Counted from the stretch's first letter, positions 27,853 through 36,755 are shown. The stretch is 42,857 bases of DNA from an uncultured bacterium (GCA_903831815.1 CAIKZC010000009.1:71576-114432), one strand, 5' to 3'. Notes: generated by a model from the letters alone, not told the origin. Program-made: numbers and translations.

Positions 27853-28134
27853 ATGCAACCAGAAAACTTTAAACCGGAGGAATCTAAATTAGCCCAACTT
27901 TTTTTAAACAGAGCAGATGGAGGTTGGCGCTACGCCGGACCTGAAGAACTCACTGAAAGTAAGTTTTCCACTCAAAGTTGTAAAATCGAAGAAGTGCCTA
28001 AGCAAACCGCGGATCAGATCAAAGAAAAATATATTCAGATTGCAAAAGGACTGCAACCTGATGACGACTTTGAAGTTGAACTTGAACCTGACAAAGAAAA
28101 ATGTTTAGTTTTTATTCGTAAAATTTCAAAATAG
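27853..28134 (+). CDS. Hypothetical protein
   Basis: 93 aa ORF, TATAAT upstream. Confidence 0.6.
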   Translation: MQPENFKPEESKLAQLFLNRADGGWRYAGPEELTESKFSTQSCKIEEVPKQTADQIKEKYIQIAKGLQPDDDFEVELEPDKEKCLVFIRKISK

Positions 28135-28138
28135 CTTT

Positions 28139-28510
28139 ATGAAAGATGCTTTGGGTTGGGGTTTTATTCTTTGGTTCATTGGTTACGTACTTGGAATCGT
28201 GCTTTTTGCGTTTGTGTCCCCTGCCGTGCTTGGGTGGATAATTATGCCAATCGGTATAATTATTACGCTCTGGGTTTTATTTAAAAAAATAAAAAGCGAT
28301 TCGTTTCAACACTACGTTATCATTGCAATTGCCTGGACCCTGATTGCAATCGTTTTTGATTATTTATTTTTGGTTTTAATTTTCAAACCGACTGACTACT
28401 ATAAATTGGATGTTTACCTTTACTATGGATTAACTTTCGTTCTGCCAATCATTGCCGGGTTGAAAAAGAAATCCCTGGCCGATAAATCTCGTCTTAATCA
28501 AGCTATTTAA
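28139..28510 (+). CDS. Hypothetical 4-TM membrane protein
   Basis: GWGFILWFIGY, YYKLDVYLYY. Confidence 0.7.
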   Translation: MKDALGWGFILWFIGYVLGIVLFAFVSPAVLGWIIMPIGIIITLWVLFKKIKSDSFQHYVIIAIAWTLIAIVFDYLFLVLIFKPTDYYKLDVYLYYGLTFVLPIIAGLKKKSLADKSRLNQAI

Positions 28511-29840
28511 CATACCCACAATAAGGTATGTTCACTCTTTTCCTTTTGGTTTCTCCAGGCAACCAATTTTCCCGCAATTTTCGCCAAGCTTCATTTCCTC
28601 TGTTCCCTTCGTGATCACCATCTAAAATCGCAAAATCCGTCGCACCAAGATGGACGGCATGCTTGCCAAATCGGCGATTTATTTCATCAACCACGGAATA
28701 CAGATCTTTTTGTTTTACTTCCCGCACACAATTGCCAAAAATATCCAACTGCATCGGATCTTTGGTCAGATCATGCATATTAAATTGCGTCAGACGATAA
28801 AAATGTTTCGGATTAAATATCCGATCAAACTCCGGTTTAATGTAATTTATAAATGTCACCGGGTCTGCTATCGGTCGATCGATCTTTATCTCACAACCGT
28901 CGTGAATAAAATTGTGAGTCATGATACTGAACGAAAAATGTTTGCTCACCAGCTCAAACCGTCTGGCTTTGATGCAAGCATTTTCGATCACTTTGCACAA
29001 ACGAGAAAAAACCTCTTTCGGATCATTGGACGGCGGTGTAAAAGTTTTTCTCTTGCTGATGTTTCGATACTCATCAACGGGTTCGGTTTGCAAAGCTTTC
29101 ACCGCTTCACCTCGTAGCTCGTACCATGTTTCTATTTGAGGTTTATAAAGATTCTCTTCTACCCACTCAAGTCTCTTGTAGGCAAAATCCAACGCCGTTT
29201 TCACTCCTTTGCCTTGTAAATAATGAGTCGTCTTTTCGCCAATACCCCAAATTTTCCCGACCGGCAGATCTTTCAAAAAATATTGCGCCAGCTTTCCGGG
29301 AATGATAGTGAGTCCTGACGGCTTCTTCCATTTGGAAGCGACTTTGGCCAAAGTTTTGGTTGGCGCGAGCCCGACAGAACACGTCGTGCCGATCATTGTA
29401 TCGATATCGTGTTTTATGGCTTCGGCAATTTCCTGATAGGTCATATTGAGAGAGCGTCTCATTCCGGTAATGTCAGCAAAACATTCATCAACAGAATATT
29501 CCTCAACGTCATCCGAATATCGCTTCACAATCTCGAACATGCGTAACGAATACAAGCCAAAAGTTTCATAATCGGAAGGCAAAATAATACATTCCGGACA
29601 AACTTTTTTAATATCATGTATGCCCATGCCGCGCGTCACTCCAGCCCTTTTGGCCTCGATACTCATTGAAGTGGCGATACCTCTTTCCAAGCCGATACAC
29701 ACGGGCTTGCCGCGCAACTTCACATCCCTTTGCTGTTCGCAAGAAGCAAAAAACGAATCCATATCCACGTGGATAATAGCTCTTTTAAAACTTCTGATGC
29801 AGAGGCATGGCAGTTCTTTTTGTTCATATTTTTTATCCAT
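28503..29840 (-). CDS. Y-family translesion DNA polymerase (DinB/UmuC-like)
   Basis: IHVDMDSFFASCEQ, YSVDECF, LAKVASKWKKPSG, IWGIG. Confidence 0.92.
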   Translation of the reverse strand: MDKKYEQKELPCLCIRSFKRAIIHVDMDSFFASCEQQRDVKLRGKPVCIGLERGIATSMSIEAKRAGVTRGMGIHDIKKVCPECIILPSDYETFGLYSLRMFEIVKRYSDDVEEYSVDECFADITGMRRSLNMTYQEIAEAIKHDIDTMIGTTCSVGLAPTKTLAKVASKWKKPSGLTIIPGKLAQYFLKDLPVGKIWGIGEKTTHYLQGKGVKTALDFAYKRLEWVEENLYKPQIETWYELRGEAVKALQTEPVDEYRNISKRKTFTPPSNDPKEVFSRLCKVIENACIKARRFELVSKHFSFSIMTHNFIHDGCEIKIDRPIADPVTFINYIKPEFDRIFNPKHFYRLTQFNMHDLTKDPMQLDIFGNCVREVKQKDLYSVVDEINRRFGKHAVHLGATDFAILDGDHEGNRGNEAWRKLRENWLPGETKRKRVNIPYCGYVK

Positions 29841-30249
29841 ATCGCCTAATCACGCTTTTGACCACCGCTTTAACTTTCAAATATTCCTGCGGATACATAT
29901 CATGAACGCTCGGATTGGCCGCCTGCAAAAATAATTTGCCGTCGCTGCGCTTGCGAATATATTTAACCGTTTCTTCACCATCGATCTCGGCAATGACGAT
30001 ATCATCAAATTTCCATTTATCGGTACTCTCAACCAACAAAATGTCTTCGTTCAAGATGCCAGCCTCCATCATCGAATCACCTCGAACGCGAAAAAGTTTT
30101 GCGGCGTACATATCGACTTGCAAAAGGTCGGCCAAGTCGATAGTTTCGGAAGTTTCTTCTTCCGAAGGATTGGGAAAGCCAACCGTTTTACCGGCGTGCA
30201 TACTGCCGACAAAAGGCAAAATAAAATTTGTATTTAAAGTTAGTCGCAT
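29833..30249 (-). CDS. UmuD-like S24 peptidase without DNA-binding domain
   Basis: AG/GFP cleavage region, VRGDSM (Ser), ETVK (Lys), LQAANP. Confidence 0.85.
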   Translation of the reverse strand: MRLTLNTNFILPFVGSMHAGKTVGFPNPSEEETSETIDLADLLQVDMYAAKLFRVRGDSMMEAGILNEDILLVESTDKWKFDDIVIAEIDGEETVKYIRKRSDGKLFLQAANPSVHDMYPQEYLKVKAVVKSVIRRYG

Positions 30250-30257
30250 CAGTGTCT

Positions 30258-30286
30258 ATTTTAGTGAACAATCGTTCACCAGTCAA
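30258..30286 (-). promoter_or_regulatory. Promoter containing a LexA-type box
   Basis: TTGACT-17-TAAAAT; the spacer holds GTGAAC-AATC-GTTCAC (30264-30279). Confidence 0.7.
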
Positions 30287-30348
30287 TCTAGACACTTCGA
30301 GTAAAATATTTTGTGTAACAAACACTGTTGCCAAACGGTTGTATTTGC

Positions 30349-30732
30349 ATGAAAAACTATTCAGCCAAAAACGTCAACGAATATATTTCCGGCGCTCCGA
30401 AAGAAGCGCGGGCTAAACTTAAAGAAGTCAGAGCGGCAATACGAGCAATCATACCGAAAGCGGAAGAAAGTATCAGTTGGGGTGTACCATTTTATAAATA
30501 TTACGGTGTTCTGGCCGGATTTGTCGCACTCAACGGGTATGTCAGTTTTGGTCTAGCCTTCCGACTTGAAAATAAAGATCGTAAAATTCTTGAAGAAAAA
30601 TGTTACAAAACCGGAAAAAAGACATTTCAAATTAAATTCAATCAAAAAGTGCCCATCTCAATAATTAGAAAAATGTTAAAGGTAGAAGCAAAAAAGAATA
30701 AAGACAAAAAAGTTTTAAATGAAAAAATATAA
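30349..30732 (+). CDS. DUF1801/YdhG-like protein
   Basis: VNEYISGAP, PKAEESISWGVPFY, KTFQIK. Confidence 0.8.
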   Translation: MKNYSAKNVNEYISGAPKEARAKLKEVRAAIRAIIPKAEESISWGVPFYKYYGVLAGFVALNGYVSFGLAFRLENKDRKILEEKCYKTGKKTFQIKFNQKVPISIIRKMLKVEAKKNKDKKVLNEKI

Positions 30733-30916
30733 AGAAAAAGCCAGACACAAAGTGCTGGCGAATGTAGGGAGAGATGGGAAAGAAGGAACGGTGGAAGGGT
30801 TGAAAAGAGTGATTGGTGAATATATCGGGTGGGGTGGCTGAGAGGACTTGGGTTGGAGGAAGGTCATGTAAAGCCGATATAAACACGCGAATCAACTGAT
30901 TTCAAGCTTCTGATCT
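30733..30916 (-). ncRNA. Candidate C/U-rich small RNA
   Basis: TTGACT-16-TAAAAT promoter, TATATCGG/CCGATATA stem, GCCAG/CTGGC terminator with U-run. Confidence 0.45.
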
Positions 30917-31064
30917 GATTATATTTTAGCATTTTCGAGCGTCCAGTCAAGACTTTTTTCATATGCAACATCAATTTGACAAAACATTAAACAGGTGCTA
31001 ATCTCACAAAAGCTGTCAGGGACTCTCGTTCTGTCCCCCTTCACACCAAATAAGGAGAAGCAAC

Positions 31065-31460
31065 ATGGAACTCTTGGAAAAACTGCCTGAAAGATCGCTC
31101 GATCGTATCGAGTGGTTCAGGAAGAAGTATCCGCCGTGCCTAGTTGAAGCCATGGCGGCCAACTCGGTTCTGAAAGAACTCGGTTATAAACTGGATGAAG
31201 TACAAGTATCCACCGAATTCTGGACTACCGGCGTTGTCGTGCGCCTCAATGTTGATGGGAAGAAAGCCTATATCCTCGCCGGTGAACCCGTCCTGGATTT
31301 CGATGAGCTTCAGGCCCTCTCTGTGGAACTCGGGAAAGAGTGGGCCGACGGCTCAATTACGAACAGGGAGAAAAGCCAGTTGTATGCTTCATCGAGCGTC
31401 AAGCGTCGCTTCGACGAGATCGTCACCAACCTGAAGAACGCGGGATTCTCACCGCAGTAG
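31065..31460 (+). CDS. Hypothetical protein (stand-alone unit)
   Basis: TTGACA-17-TAATCT, TAAGGAG SD, terminator at 31507-31540. Confidence 0.7.
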   Translation: MELLEKLPERSLDRIEWFRKKYPPCLVEAMAANSVLKELGYKLDEVQVSTEFWTTGVVVRLNVDGKKAYILAGEPVLDFDELQALSVELGKEWADGSITNREKSQLYASSSVKRRFDEIVTNLKNAGFSPQ

Positions 31461-31506
31461 CAGCTCAAACGCTTTGATTCCTCTTCCGCGTCACCGAAAC
31501 CCACAT

Positions 31507-31540
31507 GGCCGGCCAGTATTCTCTGGCCGGCCCTTTTTTT
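31507..31540 (+). terminator. Rho-independent terminator
   Basis: GGCCGGCCAG-tattct-CTGGCCGGCC-C-TTTTTTT. Confidence 0.85.
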
Positions 31541-31609
31541 GTAATTTTTATGTCTCCAAACGGCATACTTAAAGTCAAATTTATCAATTAACCCATAAAT
31601 ATTATATAC

Positions 31610-31900
31610 ATGATTAGAGAAACTTTTACCGCGATTCCCGGGCACGCCCACGAATTAGCGGACATGATGAAAAGCGACATGTCCAGTTGGCCGGATTTTA
31701 AAGGCCATGTCTTGCTTGATATGGTTACCGATTACAACCAAATCGTGATCGAGTATGAAATTAATAGTTTAAAGGAATTTGAAGACATGATGACGGACAT
31801 GAAAAATCAGCAATCAAAAACCAAAAAAAGCAGCAGACCGCCAAAATACACCGAGTTATATCAAACCGGCAAAAGAGAGATTTTCAAGATCGTCGAGTAA
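31610..31900 (+). CDS. NIPSNAP/dimeric alpha-beta barrel-like protein
   Basis: RETFTAIPG, IVIEYEINSLKEF, GKREIFKIVE pattern. Confidence 0.6.
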   Translation: MIRETFTAIPGHAHELADMMKSDMSSWPDFKGHVLLDMVTDYNQIVIEYEINSLKEFEDMMTDMKNQQSKTKKSSRPPKYTELYQTGKREIFKIVE

Positions 31901-31916
31901 ATGATATAATCGGCTC

Positions 31917-32216
31917 ATGACAAAAAATCCATTCATCAATTCATTGGTGGCGTCTTTGTATATCTCTTTGATCGCTTCGTTATTGTTTTATGGTCCCAAA
32001 AAAGTCGGACTTGAAAGCAGTATAATCATGCCGATTATAATGATTTCTCTTTTTACCTTATCCGCTGCCGTCATGGGATATCTTTTTCTTTACCAACCAA
32101 TTCAGCTTTATTTTGATGGTCAAAAAAAGCAAGCTATTAATTTTTTCCTCAAAACTGTCGCCTTTTTCGCGGCTGTAACTTTTATTATCGCTGTTTTATC
32201 CTTCTGGATGTATTAA
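31917..32216 (+). CDS. Hypothetical 3-TM membrane protein
   Basis: KNPFINS, LSAAVMGYLF. Confidence 0.7.
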   Translation: MTKNPFINSLVASLYISLIASLLFYGPKKVGLESSIIMPIIMISLFTLSAAVMGYLFLYQPIQLYFDGQKKQAINFFLKTVAFFAAVTFIIAVLSFWMY

Positions 32217-32372
32217 AATCAGAAATTGACTTTTTGTGTATTTGTTGTTATAAATAATGCGGAATTTTGCTCGTTGTAATGACAAGGAAATCAGCGCTGG
32301 AAGCCTTTGATGTTAGAAGGTTTTCGGTGCGCACACAATTAACGCCCCAAGTTTGGGGCAAAAGGAGTGGTT

Positions 32373-33920
32373 ATGAGGATCGCGAGACTACTGGCAGCTA
32401 TTGCAACTGTTGAGCCGTTGGAGTCACGCACACTTTTGAGTGCGTTGCCTTGGACAGCGCCGGATGGTACGGACACGTTGTTCGACGCCGAGTTCAATAC
32501 CGGCAAGGTGGTTGATGCGAGTCTAATGCACCAACCGACTTGGCGCGGCAACGGTGATGGAACTTTTTTGGGTCAGACCCAACTGACGGTTACCCAGGAT
32601 GGGATGCCCATCAAACAAAGTGGTGGCATGGCCAGGATGACACTGAATAAGTGGACTCCGAGCATGCTACCAGGACAGCCGGCTTTTCACGGAACGCAAC
32701 TCACCACGAACGATACGTTCCAACTTGGCGCCGATGGCAGTACCCTCACGTTTACGTGGCGGGCCAAGCTGAACACGACCACCAAAGGAATGGTTGTGGG
32801 GTTGTTCGTTTACTACTTCAATCCGGATGGCACGCATGACGAGATCGATTTCGAACTCGTTACTAACTGGAACGGCACAAGGTCCGTTCCGGGCGTGAAC
32901 ACCAACGTCTATTCGGACGAGGCACTCGGGGTAGGTATCCCCCAGTTTGTCAGTATTCCCAAAATGGGAAAACCGACTGGGTTTCATACCTACAGCATTC
33001 AGGTTTCGCCGACAAGCGTTATCTGGATGATCGATGGAAGCATCGTCAGGACTGAGACCGACAAAGTGCCCAGTGGTCCCGTACAGGGATACATCAACAT
33101 GTGGGTGCCGGGCAGAGAATGGCCTGATGCTTACAACGTGAAATTGAAGCCGGTCAGTAGCAAACGCGCCGATCAGCAGTTCAGCGCTTCGGTTGACTAC
33201 TTCAGAGTCACTTCGGTGACTCCGGAGATTCCGTTTACGGTCACAGACGCCTCGGTTCAAAGTGCAACGACCGAAGTAGATCAAGGAAACCCGATTACTG
33301 CGAACGGAACCGTACTTGGAACCGGCAACGGCACGGTGAACTACGCTTGGATGGTTCAAGGCGATAACGACGCCAATCCACAGCAAATCAGTGGTCTGCT
33401 TTCGGCGAACATGATGAATGGCAGCGCCAACATTCCCGACTTTACCGGTCTGCCGGTAAATGTTTCCGGACCGTATCAGGCCTGGATCGATATCACCGAT
33501 CCTGATGGTGAGATGCTTTCAAGCGACTCGTTCTCGTATTCCGTCAACTATGTTGCCCCGGGCATTTCTTTCACTTACGTTCCGCCTCTTGGGAACGGAA
33601 GCAATGTGACGGGGATAGTGACTGGCGGAAACCTGAGCGAGTATGCCGGCGTGGCGCTATACTTGCACGTACCCGGATACAGTCTGGATCCGAGCGTTAC
33701 AAGTGGCTGGTGGACGAAGCCATACTTCACTTCACCTCTCACTTCGATCAATGCGAATGGTACATGGAGTGCCGACGTTGTTACCGGTGGCATCGATCTC
33801 AACTACGGCGTCGAAATCATTGCCTATTTGATTCCGGTTGGATTCGATGTTCCTACGACAGGTGGAGGAACTTTGCCTGCCTCGCTGTCGGAACTGCTGT
33901 TCGTGAAAGTTTCCCGTTGA
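32373..33920 (+). CDS. GH16 glycoside hydrolase with N-terminal LExRxLL motif and C-terminal beta-rich domains
   Basis: DEIDFE catalytic motif, FHTYSI, VDYFRV; VEPLESRTLLS; AAAGGAG SD. Confidence 0.82.
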   Translation: MRIARLLAAIATVEPLESRTLLSALPWTAPDGTDTLFDAEFNTGKVVDASLMHQPTWRGNGDGTFLGQTQLTVTQDGMPIKQSGGMARMTLNKWTPSMLPGQPAFHGTQLTTNDTFQLGADGSTLTFTWRAKLNTTTKGMVVGLFVYYFNPDGTHDEIDFELVTNWNGTRSVPGVNTNVYSDEALGVGIPQFVSIPKMGKPTGFHTYSIQVSPTSVIWMIDGSIVRTETDKVPSGPVQGYINMWVPGREWPDAYNVKLKPVSSKRADQQFSASVDYFRVTSVTPEIPFTVTDASVQSATTEVDQGNPITANGTVLGTGNGTVNYAWMVQGDNDANPQQISGLLSANMMNGSANIPDFTGLPVNVSGPYQAWIDITDPDGEMLSSDSFSYSVNYVAPGISFTYVPPLGNGSNVTGIVTGGNLSEYAGVALYLHVPGYSLDPSVTSGWWTKPYFTSPLTSINANGTWSADVVTGGIDLNYGVEIIAYLIPVGFDVPTTGGGTLPASLSELLFVKVSR

Positions 33921-33961
33921 TGGTGTGTCTTATTTTTAGCCATTTTATAAGGAGATTCTTT

Positions 33962-33991
33962 GCCCCCTGCGCGCTGCGCGCCGGGGGCTTT
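33962..33991 (+). terminator. Rho-independent terminator
   Basis: GCCCCC-tGCGC..GCGC-c-GGGGGC-TTT. Confidence 0.7.
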
Positions 33992-34116
33992 CTATTTCAA
34001 ATTAATCTTAGATTTAACTTCATAGGTTATTCTTTTTCTCGTTGAACTCTAACTTACAGTCATAACTGTAAAATTAGAGCGAAATAACAAATTATTAGGT
34101 TTTAATCAACAAAACA

Positions 34117-34320
34117 ATGAGAAAGACAATATCACAATCTACAAATTATTTTTACGAGCACATCATTAATATATTGTCTGGCGGTAACCGCACGGCAATC
34201 CCTAAGGACGTTTTGGAAAAAGAAGGCTTAGATTTGGCAAAATTAAACCGATATTTTTTCACCAAGCAAGGACCTTACGGCCTAATCCACTTTATTGGAA
34301 TTAAAAAGTCTATTGTATGA
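34117..34320 (+). CDS. Small hypothetical protein
   Basis: 67 aa ORF; stop overlaps the next ATG. Confidence 0.5.
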   Translation: MRKTISQSTNYFYEHIINILSGGNRTAIPKDVLEKEGLDLAKLNRYFFTKQGPYGLIHFIGIKKSIV

Positions 34321-34412
34321 ACGTACTACTTACTCACATATACTCAATTTATGGCATGGTCGCTGCCCTAGCAGCATCAATTATTGCCAGCACCAGTGTT
34401 CACATTCAATAA
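34317..34412 (+). CDS. Putative 31-aa hydrophobic peptide MNVLLTHIYSIYGMVAALAASIIASTSVHIQ
   Basis: ATGA overlap with the previous stop; below the ORF-track cutoff. Confidence 0.35.
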   Translation: MNVLLTHIYSIYGMVAALAASIIASTSVHIQ

Positions 34413-34422
34413 TTATATTCTT

Positions 34423-35100
34423 TTAGGAGATTTTTAATTTATAACCTACGCCACGCACGGTTTCCAAGAGACCGTGTTTTCGGCCTTTGTCGATTTTTTC
34501 ACGAAGCCGAAAAATGTAAACCTCTAAAGCATTGGTGAAATTGTCGTAATTGATATCCCAAACATTATCGGTTAAATTAACTCGCTCAATTACAGTGTTG
34601 GGCCGACGCATAAAATATTCGAGAAGTCGGAACTCCTTCAAAGTTAGTTCGATCTCCTTTCCATCTCTAAAAAGTTTTTTAGTATTTAAATCAAGAAGCA
34701 GATCGGCAACTTTTAATTCCGATTTGAGCAATTCCGCCGGACGTCTAGTCAAAGCCATGATCCTAGCGAACAATTCCGAAAAATGAAAAGGCTTGATCAT
34801 ATAATCGTCCGCGCCACTATTTAGCAAAAGCACTTTACTTTCCGTTTCGCCTCTGGCCGTAAGTATCAAAACCGGCGTCTTGATGCCAGCTTCACGAATA
34901 TTTCGACAAACTTCATAACCCGGTTTTTTAGGCAACATCAGATCCAGAATAATAAGATCATAGTCGGCATGATTAAGTTCAATCTTGTTTTGACCCACTT
35001 CACCGTCAGCGGCATGATCAACAATATATCCTTCACCTTTCAATCCCCTTCTTAGAAGATCGGCCAATTTCTGCTCGTCTTCGACAATGAGTATTCTCAT
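34423..35100 (-). CDS. OmpR/PhoB-family response regulator
   Basis: ILIVEDE, ILDLMLP, GADDYMIKPF, ETVRGVGY. Confidence 0.95.
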   Translation of the reverse strand: MRILIVEDEQKLADLLRRGLKGEGYIVDHAADGEVGQNKIELNHADYDLIILDLMLPKKPGYEVCRNIREAGIKTPVLILTARGETESKVLLLNSGADDYMIKPFHFSELFARIMALTRRPAELLKSELKVADLLLDLNTKKLFRDGKEIELTLKEFRLLEYFMRRPNTVIERVNLTDNVWDINYDNFTNALEVYIFRLREKIDKGRKHGLLETVRGVGYKLKIS

Positions 35101-35132
35101 GTTCTAAATCTAACAGTTATGAGTAAGTAGTC

Positions 35133-35154
35133 AAGAAGCAACTAAGAAACAACT
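35133..35154 (-). promoter_or_regulatory. 11-bp tandem repeat at the -35 of the regulator promoter
   Basis: AAGAAGCAACT AAGAAACAACT adjoining TTGACT. Confidence 0.5.
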
Positions 35155-35234
35155 CTTTTGTTGGAAATTTACATAAAAAAAGGCGGCCGAACTAGTCGTA
35201 CCGCCATTTCTGCTTTTCGGAACTACTCCTTTTG

Positions 35235-36755
35235 CTATTGATAACTACAACTCTGCTCAAAGTCGCCTATTGTCTGACCACAACCATCGTTAATATTGCC
35301 GTATATTCTCCTGAGCCTGATTTCGTTCTGAACACCAGCCTCACGCAACATCCGGCAAAAATTCCTTGCTTCCGCCGTCGTAACATCATTGTCGGCGAGA
35401 TCTAGATCCCCTTTCTTTCTCTTAGACACTTTGTACCTGAGCATCGCAAATCTTCTATACCGACGTGCGAAGGCAATCGCGTCTTCACGGGTGGCATTGA
35501 ACTTCGAAAGGGTGATGGATATAGTGATACCTGGTCTGCCTGGCGACTCATGCCAAATCGCTCGATACCTCGCCAAAATCTCGTCCAAGTCATCGTCTTT
35601 AGATCCTGGCTGGAGAATTTTCCTCTTCCAAGGTATCGCAGAATCCACGCTCCAGTGGTGAGAAGTTCTGGGTAACTTTGCATACCCCTGTCGAAGGAAA
35701 TATGCAAGTTTCTCAGAATCACCGATCGACGTGATAACGAAGTAAAACTGCGGGATCTCGATCTCCGCTAACCGCTTGATGGCCTCGGCACAATTGTCGA
35801 AGTTGTCCGAGGGTTCTCCTTCACCAGAGAAGTAGAGAACAACCCTTTTGGTGACCACCTTTGTATCCAACATCTCTCGAAGCAGGGTACTGTGATTCAT
35901 TGCCAAATAAGGCTGAACAATGATCTCGTTGGCGGTAAAGGACCGAACGAAAGCGACACCTTTTCCAGACGCATCGATGTGATGTTTATGTGCCCGACAC
36001 TTTGGGCACATATGCCGACAACCAAGTGCGCATTGCACCGCGATCGACACTGCATGGGGGTCATCCTCCTTGGGATAGACATACGTATTCAAACAAAAAT
36101 AGGCCCCATCCACTTGCACCTGGGAGGTGATTTTCTCCCCATCATCTCGACCTTTGTCGCTTGGCCTGGTCGTAATACGATTTACACCGCAAATTATCGC
36201 ACTACCCATAGGTATCGACATCCTCCATCGATTCACCTGAAGGTTCCATGAGTAAATGTTCTTGCGTCTCGGCTGCAACAGACCGTTCACCACTTCGATC
36301 AAGTATTTAGGATGATTTATGAATCTCCCCAGATCCTTGAGCATGATTTCGTCCGGCACAAATGTAAGCAGCCCGACTCTAACATGCTCGGCACTGATGA
36401 TGAGAACATTCATTCGCGGAATGATATCCATTACACGCCGAACTAAACCTTCACCAATCTCTGTTCCAACATTGAGATCGAAAATCCCCAAGTTAAATGG
36501 CTTATGAGCCTTCAGGGAGTCCAGAGTGGCTTGGTTCGCCATTGCGATACTCAAAACGCAGACTATCTTCTTGCCAAGCTTTTTCAAAGCGTGAGTTAGA
36601 ACCCAAAGAGTATTTGGATCGTCATCAACGATCAGGATGCTGCCATCCTCACTAGACTCGTTGATAGTGACCAAACCATCTGATTCCCGAAGGTTGGCAA
36701 GAAACTTGAGCCTTCCGGCTTGATGCTCCCTGCGCTCAGTATTTGACGTAATCAT
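35235..36755 (-). CDS. Receiver domain fused to an RlmN/Cfr-like radical SAM protein
   Basis: ILIVDDD...IFDL...IISA...K receiver; GCRHMCPKC, RSFTANEIIVQ, SGEGEP, NINDGCGQ. Confidence 0.8.
   Translation of the reverse strand: MITSNTERREHQAGRLKFLANLRESDGLVTINESSEDGSILIVDDDPNTLWVLTHALKKLGKKIVCVLSIAMANQATLDSLKAHKPFNLGIFDLNVGTEIGEGLVRRVMDIIPRMNVLIISAEHVRVGLLTFVPDEIMLKDLGRFINHPKYLIEVVNGLLQPRRKNIYSWNLQVNRWRMSIPMGSAIICGVNRITTRPSDKGRDDGEKITSQVQVDGAYFCLNTYVYPKEDDPHAVSIAVQCALGCRHMCPKCRAHKHHIDASGKGVAFVRSFTANEIIVQPYLAMNHSTLLREMLDTKVVTKRVVLYFSGEGEPSDNFDNCAEAIKRLAEIEIPQFYFVITSIGDSEKLAYFLRQGYAKLPRTSHHWSVDSAIPWKRKILQPGSKDDDLDEILARYRAIWHESPGRPGITISITLSKFNATREDAIAFARRYRRFAMLRYKVSKRKKGDLDLADNDVTTAEARNFCRMLREAGVQNEIRLRRIYGNINDGCGQTIGDFEQSCSYQ

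Noticed and set aside
30665-30895. 76-aa minus-strand ORF
   Set aside because: TTG start without SD, runs through a terminator and into a convergent gene; ncRNA reading preferred
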